This document shows positions 1 through 12,879 of a DNA stretch of 64,000 bases, piece by piece. The position numbers and the translations under genes were made by a program. Positions within the stretch are counted from its first letter, which is position 1, and each line of letters begins with the position of its first letter. Origin of the DNA: Octopus vulgaris (taxonomy: Eukaryota); contig OX597816.1 in assembly GCA_951406725.2 (NCBI GenBank), positions 128,588,001-128,652,000 of the forward strand, in the 5' to 3' direction. The notes under the pieces were generated by a model that was not told where the DNA came from, ran no database searches, and saw only the letters and a program-made list of their open reading frames with translations.

Positions 1-622
1 GAAATTAAGCTTTGCTGGATGTGTAATGTCAGTGTGCATCTACAACATAGTGTAAGCTTCTTGAGAGAAAAGTTGAGTATAAGAGGCTTCAGATGTGATG
101 CGCAAGAGAGACAACTGCACTGGTATGGTCATGTGATATATATGGATGGGAACAGCTGTGTAAAGAAGTGCTGATCTCTAACTGGGGAGGGAACCTGTGG
201 AAGATGTAGACCCAGGAAGACATGGGATAAGGTGGTGAAGCATGATCTTTGAACATTGGGCCTCACAGAGGCAATGACAAGTGACTGAGACTTTTGGGGA
301 TATGATGTGCTTGAGAATATTTGTCAAGCCAAGTGAAATCATAATTGGGGCCAATGCCAGTATCACTTAAGTGGCACCTGTGCTGGTGGCACCTAAAAGC
401 ACCCATGCCAGTGACATGTAAAAAGCACCTGTTACATTCTTAGAGTGGCTGGCATTAGGAAATGCATCCAATTAAAGAGACCATACCAAATCAGACTGGA
501 AGTTGGTGCAGCTCACCAGCTTACCAGCTTCAGCCAAACCATCTAACCCATGCCAACATGAAAAGCAGATGGTGAATGATGATAATGATGATGATGATGA
601 TGATGATGATGATGTTGATGAT
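1..622 (+). mobile_element. 3' end of a degraded RTE-clade LINE (RT C-terminal relic, 3' UTR, (TGA)n tail)
   Basis: Relic reading QERQLHWYGHV...GTCGRCRPRKTWDKVVKHDL resembles RTE C-termini; followed by GGCAC/AAAAGCACC repeats and a (TGA)n tail at ~575-622. Confidence 0.75.
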
Positions 623-3600
623 GTATGTGTGTGTATTCATTGGACATTTGAAAATTAGATATAATGACATCTATCTTTAGATGCGACACCAAAACTAGAA
701 TTGTATATCTGGTGCTTTAATATTTTATATAATTCAGATGTTTTCATATGCAATATTTAAGGCACATGACCTGACTAGGATCTATCCCTGCTCACCCATG
801 ACTCATAATGGAGGATTTTCGGTTGCTATTACAAAGTGTTTCTGTTGTTTCTTGGTACCTATTTAAAGATTGGTGGCGCTATGTATCATCATTATTTAAT
901 TATATTTGCAAGCAACATTGCAAAGTACTGAAGAGGAGATATAACAATTGACCCTTTCTACTGCTAAGATAACACACTACCAACTCGACAAACTATAATT
1001 TACGTAGAATCTGTGGTGATATAAAAAAAAATATATTTATATATATATATAATAATAAATCCATCGTCAGAAGTCATCACTTCATTTCAAACATTCAAAT
1101 GGTAAAGATGGGGAAAACAAAATATAATTATTGCTAAAATGGGATATAAGGCTACCAAACGCCAATAAGAGAATCTTTATTGAATGCTATATTATGTTTT
1201 CGTACAAGAATTGAAAACCAGTCTTCAGTTCCTAACAACCATAACCTAATAATATACAGCAGTATGTTTTTTCCTGTGTAATACATACAAAAAGCCTAAC
1301 AGAGAAAATTGAGAAAACTTTGTGATTAGTTGTGTTATGTAAACAGCTTTGTTTATTCCTGTGATAATGTTACCACTTTCTTTGTTTCCAAATATTTTTT
1401 ATTGTAGATTGCCTCCTAGTTATAGATAGAACATAATTTTCACTCCTTTTTATTTAATACTAATAGTTTGCACTCTGTTTCTATTAACTTACTAAGTTAT
1501 GGAAAGTTATAAAAACATTCCATTGTCAATCATAACCATCATCAAACCTGCATCACCTAATACCAAACTGCTGTCATCATTGAAATAGAATAACTTAGTA
1601 TCACCAGCATTTCCTTACAGATAACCAGTACAGTCCCTTTTTTTTTCTCTTTTGTTTTGAAACTAGTAAGAAACACTGAAACACCTAAAAGTTTCTACTT
1701 TCATTTTCATTTTCTGCACCATTATGAATGAAAAGAATTTTGTCTATAGGGTGACACAAAGTTTTATAAATAAAAAAATGATCAATATTTTTTGGAAGAT
1801 TAGTCAATTTCTCTCTTATGATTACATTTACACTCTGATACTGTTTTCACTATTGCATTTAGCTTTTTTTTCTTTTTTGTCATTCCCACTAATTTTGTAC
1901 TGTAATATCCTTTTATATGTTATTTGTTCTATTGTTAAAGTAAATGGACAGACAATAAGCTGCAACAATAAATGTCTTTACTTTTTTAAGGAAATATTTG
2001 GCAATTTATCAACATAGTCCTTGACCATCAGATAGATAATTGGATCTATTGGAAGCTTTAGACCACATAATTTTCAAATACAACAAAGAAAAAAATATTA
2101 ATACTTTTCCAACATGATTTCATATCTAACCTACTTTAGGCTTCACTACATCTAACTTTTATCTCATATTATTCCACAATAAATTGTCAGTTTGAACAAA
2201 TATTGGAAGAAACTATTATTTTTATTGTCAATAGGGTCCTATATTTCCCTGCGTAGCAATTAAGTTAAATGACAGAAGTGAATGAGTATACAACATTTGA
2301 TTGTTGTCTGTTGTACTCTCTCATGATCAACCACATGATTTGTAACTACCAGGAAATGTAGCATGTATGACCGATGTTACTTCACCTGAATTTCTTCCAA
2401 CTGTGTAGGAAATCAAAAGACATGAGCAGAAATTATAAACTCACAAATTTGTCTTAAGAAAGGCTTTATGATAAGAGTGGTAACATAACATTTGAAACTG
2501 GTTAAGTATATCATTATTATTATTATCACTTTAACATTATTTTTCCAGATCAGTGGTGGATCTGCAGTTTTCAGCTTTCTAATTACATTGTATATAATTA
2601 CTTGCCTAAGCTGAATGGATGGCTCTTCAATCAGTTCTAAATGGTACATACTTTTCTTAACCAATGTCTTCTATATATTCAGTAGTCAATCATAAAACTT
2701 CTGTGCATCCATCAATCATAGTCATAAAAGTCTTCTGCTCATATAATTTTCCCAATGATTTCTTCATTGGAAACTTCTTAATTTATCCTTCCAAAACTCA
2801 TTTAAAACTCAACCATGTTTGACATAATTTCTTTCATTTATGATTTACAATTAAGTATAACATTTCTCCTGAGATTTTCTAGTTTAACACATTTTATATT
2901 TCAATTACAGTTTTACTTTCCTTAGAGATTCAAGATATTTTTAATCTAAATTTGTCTACTGTTTTGCAGTAAATGTTTACTTCTTTCAATAAGAAGCCTT
3001 TCACTTCTGTACCTTTTGCTTAAGAGACCTTTCCATCCTTATTATGTCACATATTCAATGCATAACTCACTTGCATCTCCTATCATACCATATATAGTTT
3101 CTAGATTCAATACATGAAAGCATAGCTTAATGCTTAAAAATATATTTTGTCTTTGTGTTTACTGTTGCTGTATGATGCATTTCATTTAGAACAATGTGAC
3201 TGTGTTTCTGTAACCCAGCAGAGCAATGGTAACTAATTAAGAAGCAAACTTGCTGAGTGTTATACATTTGTGTATCTTCAGCTAAATGTAGATGCAGATA
3301 GAGGACATAATGGAAATGAATAAAAAGACTGTGGAAAATTTTATTGTTTTGTGATCAGTTCTAGATTAATAATTGATTAATTAATTACCTAATTGTTTAA
3401 CTTTCTAAACAATATTCCTTATAGAAAAATCATTGGCATCACTAAAAACCTAATATTTACCTAATTTCTGATAGAGTAATCTGATAGTTATCTATACAAG
3501 ATTAAGGCAACTTGGTTTTACATAGTTTTACTTCACCATATTTATAAATTCTTAATGAATGAAATCAAGAAACATGGATAATTTCTAAGTGTTATTGAAT

Positions 3601-4157
3601 GAGTCATTGTTCAAGAGATATGCATGATACATTATATTGTACATGTTGCTTGAAAAGCTTTTGAATAGTAAAAAGGTTTATTCATGTAAAGTTAGGAAAT
3701 ATTTGTTCTAAGACAAATCATGACTTTACTGCTATAAAACAAAATAGCCATGATTCCAACGACAGAATGTATTTTTCATGTCATTGATGTTATAAAAAGT
3801 CAAAAGAGTTTAAAATCATAATGGCATTTAGTTTGACTTTAAAGTAGCTTTACAATTCTTTCTTTTGATATTTGACTTTACTAAAGACAAAAATTAGAAT
3901 TCTTTTAACAGCAACAAACCAGAATAACTTTTTTTGTAGGTCAAAAAGAATAAAAATCTTTGTTTTTGAAATGCTACTTCGAAAAGTCTGTATTCTAAAA
4001 ACCTAGAAAATATTCCATTCTATGGGTGCAAAAGACAACTAAGAGTGAAAGATTTGTTGCATGCAAGAAAAAATTACCATGAACTACATCAAGCAAAAAT
4101 CATTTGGGGATTTCAAAAGGTAATTTAAAAAATTTTTTTATATTCATAACATTGCAG

Positions 4158-4292
4158 AAGAGGAAGACTGGAGAAGATATGAGGAGTGATGAAAGCAGAA
4201 CTCAGAATGCTGAATTTCATGAAACAGATGACAATAGGCTGCAACAAGTTGCAAGATATTGTGCTGAAGATGATGCACCTCACCCATGCTAG
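4158..4292 (+). CDS. possible terminal coding exon of an unidentified host gene
   Basis: T-rich tract plus TTGCAG acceptor ending at 4157; purine-rich open frame KRKTGEDMRSDESRTQNAEFHETDDNRLQQVARYCAEDDAPHPC-stop; no homology recognised. Confidence 0.2.
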   Translation, partial: KRKTGEDMRSDESRTQNAEFHETDDNRLQQVARYCAEDDAPHPC

Positions 4293-4324
4293 CACAAAAA
4301 AATTGATGTAAAATTATGATAGTT

Positions 4325-4780
4325 GCAGGAGTGGCTGTGTTGTAAGTAGCTTGCTTACCAACCACATGGTTCTGGGTTCAGTCCCACTGTGTGGCACTTT
4401 GCACAAGTGTCTTCTACTATAGCCTAGGGCTGACCAAAGCCTTGTGAGTGGATTTGGTAAACGGAAACTGAAAGAAGCCTGTCGTATAAATGTGTGTGCG
4501 TGTTTGTGTGTGTGTGTGTGTGTGTGCGTGAGTGTGTGTGCGTGTGTATGTTTGTGTGAGTATGTGTGTGTGTTTGCCCCACCACCACCACCAACATCAC
4601 TTGACAACCGATGCTGGTGTGTTTACATCCTCGTAACTTCGCAGTTCAGCAAAAGAGGCCAATAGAATAAGTACTAGGCTAACAAAGAATAAGTCCTGAG
4701 GTCAATTTGTTTGACTAAAGGCAGTGCTCCAGCATGACCACAGTCAAATGACTTAAGCAAGTAAAAGAAAAGTAAAAGAA
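4325..4780 (+). mobile_element. tRNA-derived SINE, family A (internal (TG)n/(TA)n, AAAAGA/GT tail)
   Basis: A-box TGGCTGTGTTGTAAG, B-box GGTTCAGTCCC; near-identical copies elsewhere in the window (e.g. 45466-45882). Confidence 0.85.
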
Positions 4781-4879
4781 TAATTCATGAGAAAGTCATT
4801 TAAGTATAATAAAATAAAGTATTAAATACATTACATACTGACTTGCAAGTATATTTTCATCATTAATATTGTCATTACG

Positions 4880-5156
4880 AACCATTAGCACACTGGGAAA
4901 AATGCTTAGCAGCATTTCATTCATTTCTACATTCTGAGTAGTTCGAATTCTGCTGAGATTGACTTTACTCTTTACTCTTTTACTTGTTTCAGTCATTTGA
5001 CTGTGGCCATGCTGGAGCACCGCCTTTAGTCGAGCAAATCGACCCGGGACTTATTCTTTGTAAGCCCAGTACTTGCTGAACCGCTAAGTGACGGGGACGT
5101 AAACACACCAGCATCGGTTGTCAAGCAATGCTAGAGGGACAAACACAGACACACAA

Positions 5157-5191
<35 letters not shown>

Positions 5192-5470
5192 CATATATAC
5201 GACGGGCTTCTTTCAGTTTCCGTCTACCAAATCCACTCACAAGGCATTGGTCGGCCCGGGGCTATAGCAGAAGACACTTGCCCAAGATGCCACGCAGTGG
5301 GACTGAACCCGGAACCATGTGGCTGGTTAGCAAGCTACTTACCACACAGCCTCTTTGCTTTTCATTCTTTTGAGGTTGATAGAATAAATACCAGTTGCAT
5401 AGTGGTGTTTATTTAATTGACTTCGCTCCTCTTCCCAAACAGCAAGCCTCGTGCAAAATTTGAAACCAAT
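4880..5470. mobile_element. family B SINE (+) interrupted by a family A SINE (-, ~4965-5351)
   Basis: Family B head at 4880-4962 resumes as TTTGCTTTTCATTCTTTTGAGGTTGATAG at ~5353; a reverse-complement family A copy lies between. Confidence 0.75.
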
Positions 5471-5597
5471 ATTGTCATTACCAATAAAACTAGTTTAACA
5501 TGATAGTTAATGGAGTCTGTACATTTAAGCTTTTCAGATCTTCTAAAATCAGGATATTTTAATGATGTTGATGCTCCTTCTTTCATTTGTCCACTCC

Positions 5598-5961
5598 CGA
5601 CATGGACGCCAGTCAGATGGTACTGGCATCAGCCACGTCCGGTGGCACGTAAAAAGCACCATCCGTACACAGCTGATGCCAATGCCGCCTGAATGGCGTC
5701 TGTGTTGGTGACATGTAAAAAGCACCATCCAATTGGGGCCGTTTGCCAGCCTCCTCTGGCCCCAGTGCTAGTGGCACGTAAAAAGCACCCACTACACTTT
5801 CGGAGTGATTGGCGTTAGGAAGAGTATCCAGTTGTAGAAACACTGCCAAATCAGATTGGAGCCTGGTGCAGCCTCTTGGCTTCCTAGACCCCGGCTGAAC
5901 CATCCAATCCATGCTAGAATGGGGAACGGACATTAAACAATGATGATGATGATGATGATGA
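5598..5961 (+). mobile_element. RTE-tail-related short repeat with GGCACGTAAAAAGCACC subrepeats and (TGA)n tail
   Basis: Same 3' sequence as 330-622; related copies at ~10427-10670(-), 13447-13660(-), 30730-30874(+), 49470-49827(+), 60990-61262(-). Confidence 0.8.
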
Positions 5962-5984
5962 TATATATATATATATATATATAT

Positions 5985-6080
5985 ACATTTTAAACTTGTG
6001 TGTATGTGCATGTATGTATATGAGTATATATATATATATACTCATATACATACATGCACATACACACAAGTTTAAAATGT
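5985..6080. repeat. perfect 96-bp palindrome centred on (TA)n
   Basis: ACATTTTAAACTTGTG...GAGTA(TA)nTACTC...CACAAGTTTAAAATGT; arms are exact reverse complements. Confidence 0.95.
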
Positions 6081-6596
6081 GACATTGTTTTTGCTACCTA
6101 CATTCTAGTGATGGAGCTTTGTATCTTTTTTTAGAAGCCAGCTCCTTCAGATGAAGATATTTTCAAATGAGTGATCAGAGATAAAAGATAAGTAACATAT
6201 GCATGGGAGACGTTTCAAAAGATAGAAAGGGAGCCTGGGTCTCAGATATGAAACCCAGCATTTGACACTTTGGATTTCAGGAGTGAGTTGCAGTAAGAGT
6301 AATGTAAAAACAAGGGTAGAGTCTTGTGGCTCTATGGTAGAGACTTTTTCAGAAATAATAGACAGATCAGAGAAAACACAGGTCAACAATAGAGGTTAGA
6401 GCGTTGGTAAGGTGAAGATATGTATATCTGGTGAATAATATCATTCACAGATACTGACCAGATTGTACCTATAAATAATATGTACATCATGAGAAAGGAA
6501 TTTTTATTCTGTATAAAAAAAAAACAGGAATTATTTAAAACTGAAGTATTTTTGAAAAGGAAAATCTGTGTTTGTGTGTGTGTATGTATATGTATG

Positions 6597-6635
<39 letters not shown>

Positions 6636-6721
6636 TTATAAGTAATGCTTATCGCCACCTACTTCTCGGCATAAATACTACTTTCATTGCTAATACAGAT
6701 TTTCTTAATGAGCTAGCTTGC

Positions 6722-6777
<56 letters not shown>

Positions 6778-7247
6778 TACAAACACACACATGCACGCAC
6801 ACGCACATACACACCGACATACACATACAACATATTATATATATACACACATATGTGGATCACAATGTCTTTGTTATAGGATGACTTGTATCTATGTATA
6901 TTTAACACCATTCACCATTGCCCTTCTCCTCTGTTAACATTACTCCTTCTCACACAATGTCACTCTTTTTTTGATAACCATACTTTCTTTTACTAACTCT
7001 ATTGCTTTTCCTTATTTAATCTTTCCCAATCAGCCATTTTTTATTACTATTTTTCAATCCTTTATTCTGTCTTTCTCTTATATTATTCCTGTTTCTAACA
7101 TTCATTGTTGACATACATAACTCTTCTTCGTTTTTCATTTCTCCCTCTTATAATTATTCTTTCTTCCTTATCACTCTCTCCTCCCCTATCATAAGAGCTT
7201 TTCCTATTCAGTCTTCTTACCAACAACAATCACGTAGCAGTCTTACA

Positions 7248-7283
<36 letters not shown>

Positions 7284-7471
7284 TCATCCCTCACTTAATT
7301 AACCTTCTACTCCTGTCACTTTGTAATTAGGACTCTTTAGTCTCAGCAAAGATATGATAACTTCTCCAGGGTTAGTGGTAAAATAAATTGCAATCGCTAG
7401 CTTCTTTAAAGAGATTGGTATTTGGAAACACATATATTTATATATACATAACCACATACATAATATATATA

Positions 7472-8200
7472 CGAGGTGGAATCAAAATGTTCCTGGACTA
7501 GTTATATTTAATAAAAAAAACAAACTTATTTACCTAAGTTTTAACATCATCTTCTTCAAAATAGTCACCTTGCATAGCAATACACCAGTACCAGTGTTCT
7601 TGCCACTTTTGGTATACAGCCTGAAAGTTGTTTTCCATAAGCAAGTCGAGGACCTTCTGTGAGTCATTCTGAATTTCAATAATGGTGTTAAAACAACAAC
7701 CTTTGAGCTGCATTTTCATCTTGGAGAAGAGATGGAAGTCTGTGGGTGCTAAATCTGGTGAATAGGACAGGTGTGGAAGTGATACCATGTTGTTTTTGGT
7801 GATAAACTTACAAGTGAGGAGATCTCATTGACAAGGTGCATTATTATCATGAAGAATTCATTTCTTTGCGCTCCACAGGTCTGGTTGCTTTCACCAAATG
7901 TCCTCCCTCAAATGCTTCAAAACATCATAGTAGAACTCTTCATTGATGGTCTGGCTCTGGGGGATAAATCCTTGATGCACAATACCACATTTCTGGGGTT
8001 GACACTCATGGAAAGTCTTCCAGATCATTTATCATCTTCCATGGAAGTTCTTCAGTTTTTGAAACACCCATGCCACTCAAAACATCACATACAGCCCATC
8101 GTCTCATTGCTGTAAGCTTGCTGAAATATATTCAATTTCTCTGTAGCAAACTTTTCAAGTTTAACACAAAATTTCACATTGGCTCTTTATTCCTGTCTAT
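7472..8200 (-). mobile_element. degraded mariner transposon (3' TIR plus transposase relic)
   Basis: HLSYSPDLAPTDFHLF motif in ORF 7534-7788; TA then CGAGGTGGAATCAAAATGTTCCTGGACTAG TIR at 7472, shared with the copy at 27241. Confidence 0.85.
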
Positions 8201-8680
8201 GACAAAATCACAGACATAGAAATCAAATGTGTCGTTCATAACCACTAAGAACTGCATTTTTATATGTAAACTGCAAATAATACTTTCACTGTTGTGTGCA
8301 AAGCTTTGTCAAGCTGGAATTAATCAACTAAAGGCATATTAAGCAGTGTTAATTAGAACTTAAAGCTACATACATTTATATTTAACATGTTCATGTACAC
8401 TAAAATGTGAACAGACCTTCAAGGCAGCAACTGTTTCAGAAGAGAAATTCTCCTTATAGACACTGAGCTAGGCTATGAATAGCATTGGAATATGACCAGT
8501 ATGATACTGGGAAGATCATCCTCATTATTTAGCACCTGCTTTCCATGCTGGCATGAGTGAACCAGATCATAGATCAAATGAGTATTTTATACATGTGTTG
8601 GGTAGAAATATTTATGTTTATTAGCAAAAGGTACTTTAGAGAGGAGAGCTCTTTTGCTCTGTTGTTTTACAGGCGAACTG

Positions 8681-8741
<61 letters not shown>

Positions 8742-9441
8742 TAATAATATATATATATAATACATATATCGTAATTATCACACATATACATATATATTAA
8801 TATGTACTTACATATATGCACACATGCACACAAACACACACAAATTCTCATGTACAAACATGTATATATGTTTGAATGTATATTTGAGTATGCAAGAAAT
8901 CTATAATGTATATACAAATATATTGTAGTTTCCTATAAAGTAGCTGCTAGCCAAAAATCGTGTTTACACTAAAGAGACTAAGCACATGCACATACAGACA
9001 CATATTAATATGGCTTTGTATAATTTTACCTAAACAGGATAATTAGCAGTAGAATACTTTGAGGTCATTTAGTGAAATACCTAGAAGTCACAAACTTATA
9101 ATCTCACATTTCAAATAACGTTTTTAACTCTTGCCATCACAATGGTTTATTTCTCTGAGGCCTTAGCAACTGATATCAGTTAATTCAAGTACCTTCCAGA
9201 AATTAAAAGGAACTGAATAACATCAATATTTATATGAAAACATTTGAATGTCATATAAATCAAATCCGACTGTATGGCTATATTTGCATTTAATTTCATG
9301 AAGAAAATTAATAATAAATAAAATGTCAATTAAAATTTTTTCCTCATAACTTGATATCTGTCATTTTCAGATTCTCACAATAAACTATCATTATATATGT
9401 ATATACTTTATGTGTGTATGTATATAATTTATGTGTGTGTG

Positions 9442-9520
<79 letters not shown>
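9442..9520. repeat. (GATA)n microsatellite
   Basis: Direct reading. Confidence 0.95.
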
Positions 9521-9521
<1 letters not shown>

Positions 9522-10152
9522 TGTATACACACACATTCACACACACACATGCATATGTAAGCATCCTTGTAGGCTTGCATATATGTACATATATTTGCAC
9601 AGATGCATATATGCATGCAAGTATGGTAAATCTAAAAAAAAAATATGTCCAGGTAAATGAATAAAATTCTAATAGAGAAATTTGTTTTTGTTTTTCTTTT
9701 TTTATTTGGCTCATCCATTTTCTATTCATTCTCTATAACCTATATTTGAGTGAGCGTTTAGTTCTACAATATCACCCAAGTAAAAGAATTGCATGTTATT
9801 TTAGGAGAAAATATTCACTAAGCTGGTGCTATTCAATTCTTACTTTCTCTGTATTTTTGAACTATTTCTTCAAGTGCAACAACTGATATTTAATTTTATT
9901 TGCATTGGAGTATTAGATATTCAGTTGAATATTATAGCTGATGGCTAAGCTGAAGCATGTTCTTTCCATTTCAACAACTACTACTATCACAACCACAGCA
10001 GCTTTTCTTGCTGCTGTTGCTGCTGCTAGTGCTGCCTGTGTAACAACTGCCTGCTATCATAGCCAACAATGATAGAGCTATCTTTACTTATGCAAATGCT
10101 ACTATAACTATTACTTCAACAGCTGCATTTGCAGATGCAGAAGAAACAGTTC

Positions 10153-10194
<42 letters not shown>

Positions 10195-10239
10195 GTAGTA
10201 ATAATAATAATGATGATGATGATGATGATACTAATAATC

Positions 10240-10885
10240 CTTTTACTGGAAGCACAAGACCTCAATTTGGGAGAAAGGATTAAGTCGATTACATCAACCC
10301 CAGTGCATAACTGGTACTAATTTTATCGACCGTGAAAGGTTGAAAGGCAAAGTTGACTTTGGCGGAATTTGAACTCAGAACATAACGACGGCTGAAATAC
10401 TGCTAAGCATTTCACCTGGCATGCTGTGAAGCCAGAAGGCTGCATCAGGCCCAGTCTGATCTGGCCGTGTTTTTACGGCTGGATGCCCTTCCTAACGCCA
10501 ACCACTCCGTGAGTGTAGTGGATGCTTTTTACGTGCCACCCGCACAGGTGCCAGACGGAGCTGGCAAACGACCACAGACGGATGGTGCTTTTTACGTGCC
10601 ACCAGCATGGGGGCCAGGCGAGGCTGGCAACGGCCACGAACGGATGGTGCTTTTTACGTGCCACCGGCACAATGATAATAATAATAATAATTCTTTCTAC
10701 TATAGGCACAAGGCATGGAATTTTGAAGGAAGGAGCTTGTCAATTACATTGATCTCAGTGCGTAACTGGTACTTATTTCATCAACCCCAAAAGGAAGAAA
10801 GACAAAGTTGATCTTCGTGGAATTTGAACTCAGAATGTTAAGATGAAGGAAATGTCACAAAGTAATTCTGCCAGCTTGCCGCTCT
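10240..10885 (-). mobile_element. cluster: family B SINE, RTE-tail repeat, family B SINE
   Basis: Reverse complements of GCCTTTCA...GGTCGATAAAATTAGTACCAGT (family B) flank an RTE-tail fragment. Confidence 0.7.
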
Positions 10886-10892
10886 TATAATA

Positions 10893-10925
<33 letters not shown>

Positions 10926-10932
10926 TTAATGA

Positions 10933-11740
10933 TACAGACCATCAAAGCTAATAAACTAAATATTTTTGTGAAAGACCAAAACAATAAAGCCTGTTTATTG
11001 ATTGACATGAGCAAACCCTGTGACCATAATATCTTGGCAAAAGAATTTGATAAGCTCAGAAAATATAAAGATTTGCTAATCGAAATTGAAAAGATGTAGC
11101 ATCTGGAGACATTTACCAGTGATTATAGGAGCACTTGGAATGATCAAAAAAGGAATTGAAAATTATTTAAGAATGATCTCTGGCTTGCCATTCGTGCAGG
11201 GAGTGCATGATTGTCTTAACTGGTACATCATACACATTGAGAAGAGCATTGCTGTGAATTTTCTTTCCTTTTTCCCCTTTATTTTCTTTACTCTTTTTAC
11301 TCTTTTACTTGTTTCAGTAATTTCACTGCGGCAATGCTGGAGCACCGCCTTTAGTCAAGCGAATCGACCCTAGGACTTATTCTTTGTAAGCCTAGTACTT
11401 ATTCTATCAATCTCTTTTGCCGAACCGCTAAGTTACGGGGACCTAAACACACCAGCATCAGTTGTCAAGCAATGTTGGAAGGACAAACACAGACACACAA
11501 ACACACATGCATACATATATATATACATATATACGACGGGCTTCTTTCAGGTTCCGTCTACCAAATCCACTCACAAGGCTTTGATCGGCCCGAGGCTACA
11601 GTAGGGTTAGGGTTATCACATGACTTTGTAAATGAACAGCCTGGTGTGTATATTTTAATGCCTACCAATGTATTCAGTGCATTCCTCTGCCCTAGATGGA
11701 AGACACTTGGCAAGGAAAGGAAAAAGGATTGAGAGAAGAT
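10933..11740 (+). mobile_element. 3' fragment of a Dong/R4 LINE (RLE domain plus 3' UTR) interrupted by a family A SINE (-, ~11280-11603)
   Basis: TIKANKLNIFVKDQNNKACLLIDMSKPCDHNILAKEFDKLRKYKDLLIEIEKM is nearly identical to the C-terminus of ORF 36560-38989; GGAAGACACTTGGCAAG at ~11697 matches that element's 3' UTR. Confidence 0.85.
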
Positions 11741-12879
11741 GATAATGAAAACAATAATGATAATAATAACCCTTTGTATTATAGATACAAGGCCTGAAAT
11801 TTTGGAGGAGGAGTCTAGTTGATTACATTGACCCCAGTGCTGTGCACTACTGGTTTCCTGCTTTTGTTTCTGCATTGACAATGGGGAACAGATCTGGAAT
11901 TACTCTGTGGTTTGGAGGAAAGCGTCTTGTATACTTATAAGTCCATCCTGATACCCTCTAACCCTATGTCATTTCTTACCACTTCAGCTCTCCAGCCTGC
12001 TCACATCGCACTTCAAACATAACAAGACGCCAAATGTCAACATCAAAGTCCTTGGCTGTCATACTTGTTACTGCATAGACCTACGTATTACCTATGTATT
12101 GTGGTATGAGCTGGTAGGTTGTGACACACTAAACCATTCTGTCATCTTACCTTGTCCTCAATGCTGAAAACTAAGCAGACATTGTTCCAGTTGATATAAA
12201 CCATATCTCTTCACCATCAGCCAAAGCTTACAGTGACTATTCTTTTGAAAGGTACTCACAAGCAGCCTTCATTTTTAGCAAAACAAAATCAGGTTACCCT
12301 CCTGTTTGCCTTCTCCATGTTCCTTGGGAAAGTCAGTACTGTCTTCTGTAACATGCTTCTGCATGTTTTCTTTTTTTGAGTCAAACTATGTCCAAACATT
12401 ATGTTTGTCATTTGCTACACCAGTAAAACTCACATTATTGATGTTTTTAACAAATTCATGATAACATTTTCTGTATGTAATGTTTGCTGTCACAGTTTGT
12501 TCAGTGTTGTTAGCTTTCTTTTTTTTTTTTTTAAATCTGTGTTAATATATTTGGAAATACTTGTATTTCAGGTACATATCCGTATATATTAGTACAACTA
12601 CTAGAGCAGGGAAGCACTTCTTTCCACTTTTCCATAAGATGAATTCATCTTGTATTTATAGTAAATACTGCATACAAAATATACAAAAAGGCAAAAAATG
12701 TTCAAAATAAGACCTATTTTTTCCACCCCAGGGTAAACAAGGTGAATATCAAATATTCTACATTTTTCTTATCAGTAAAATATCCCAAAAGAATATTTTT
12801 TTTTCCATCAAGTACAAATGTGGTAACGAAAACCCATAGAGAGAACAAAGTGAATACCTCCACTCATGCCAAAACACAA

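Noticed and set aside
1190-1232. Minus-strand CTGAAGA...CGAAA resembling a hammerhead
   Set aside because: No convincing stem I or stem II pairing
2413-3110. Minus-strand coding-like, A-rich stretch including ORF 2413-2664
   Set aside because: Multiple stops and no recognisable motif; possibly an ancient TE but not assignable
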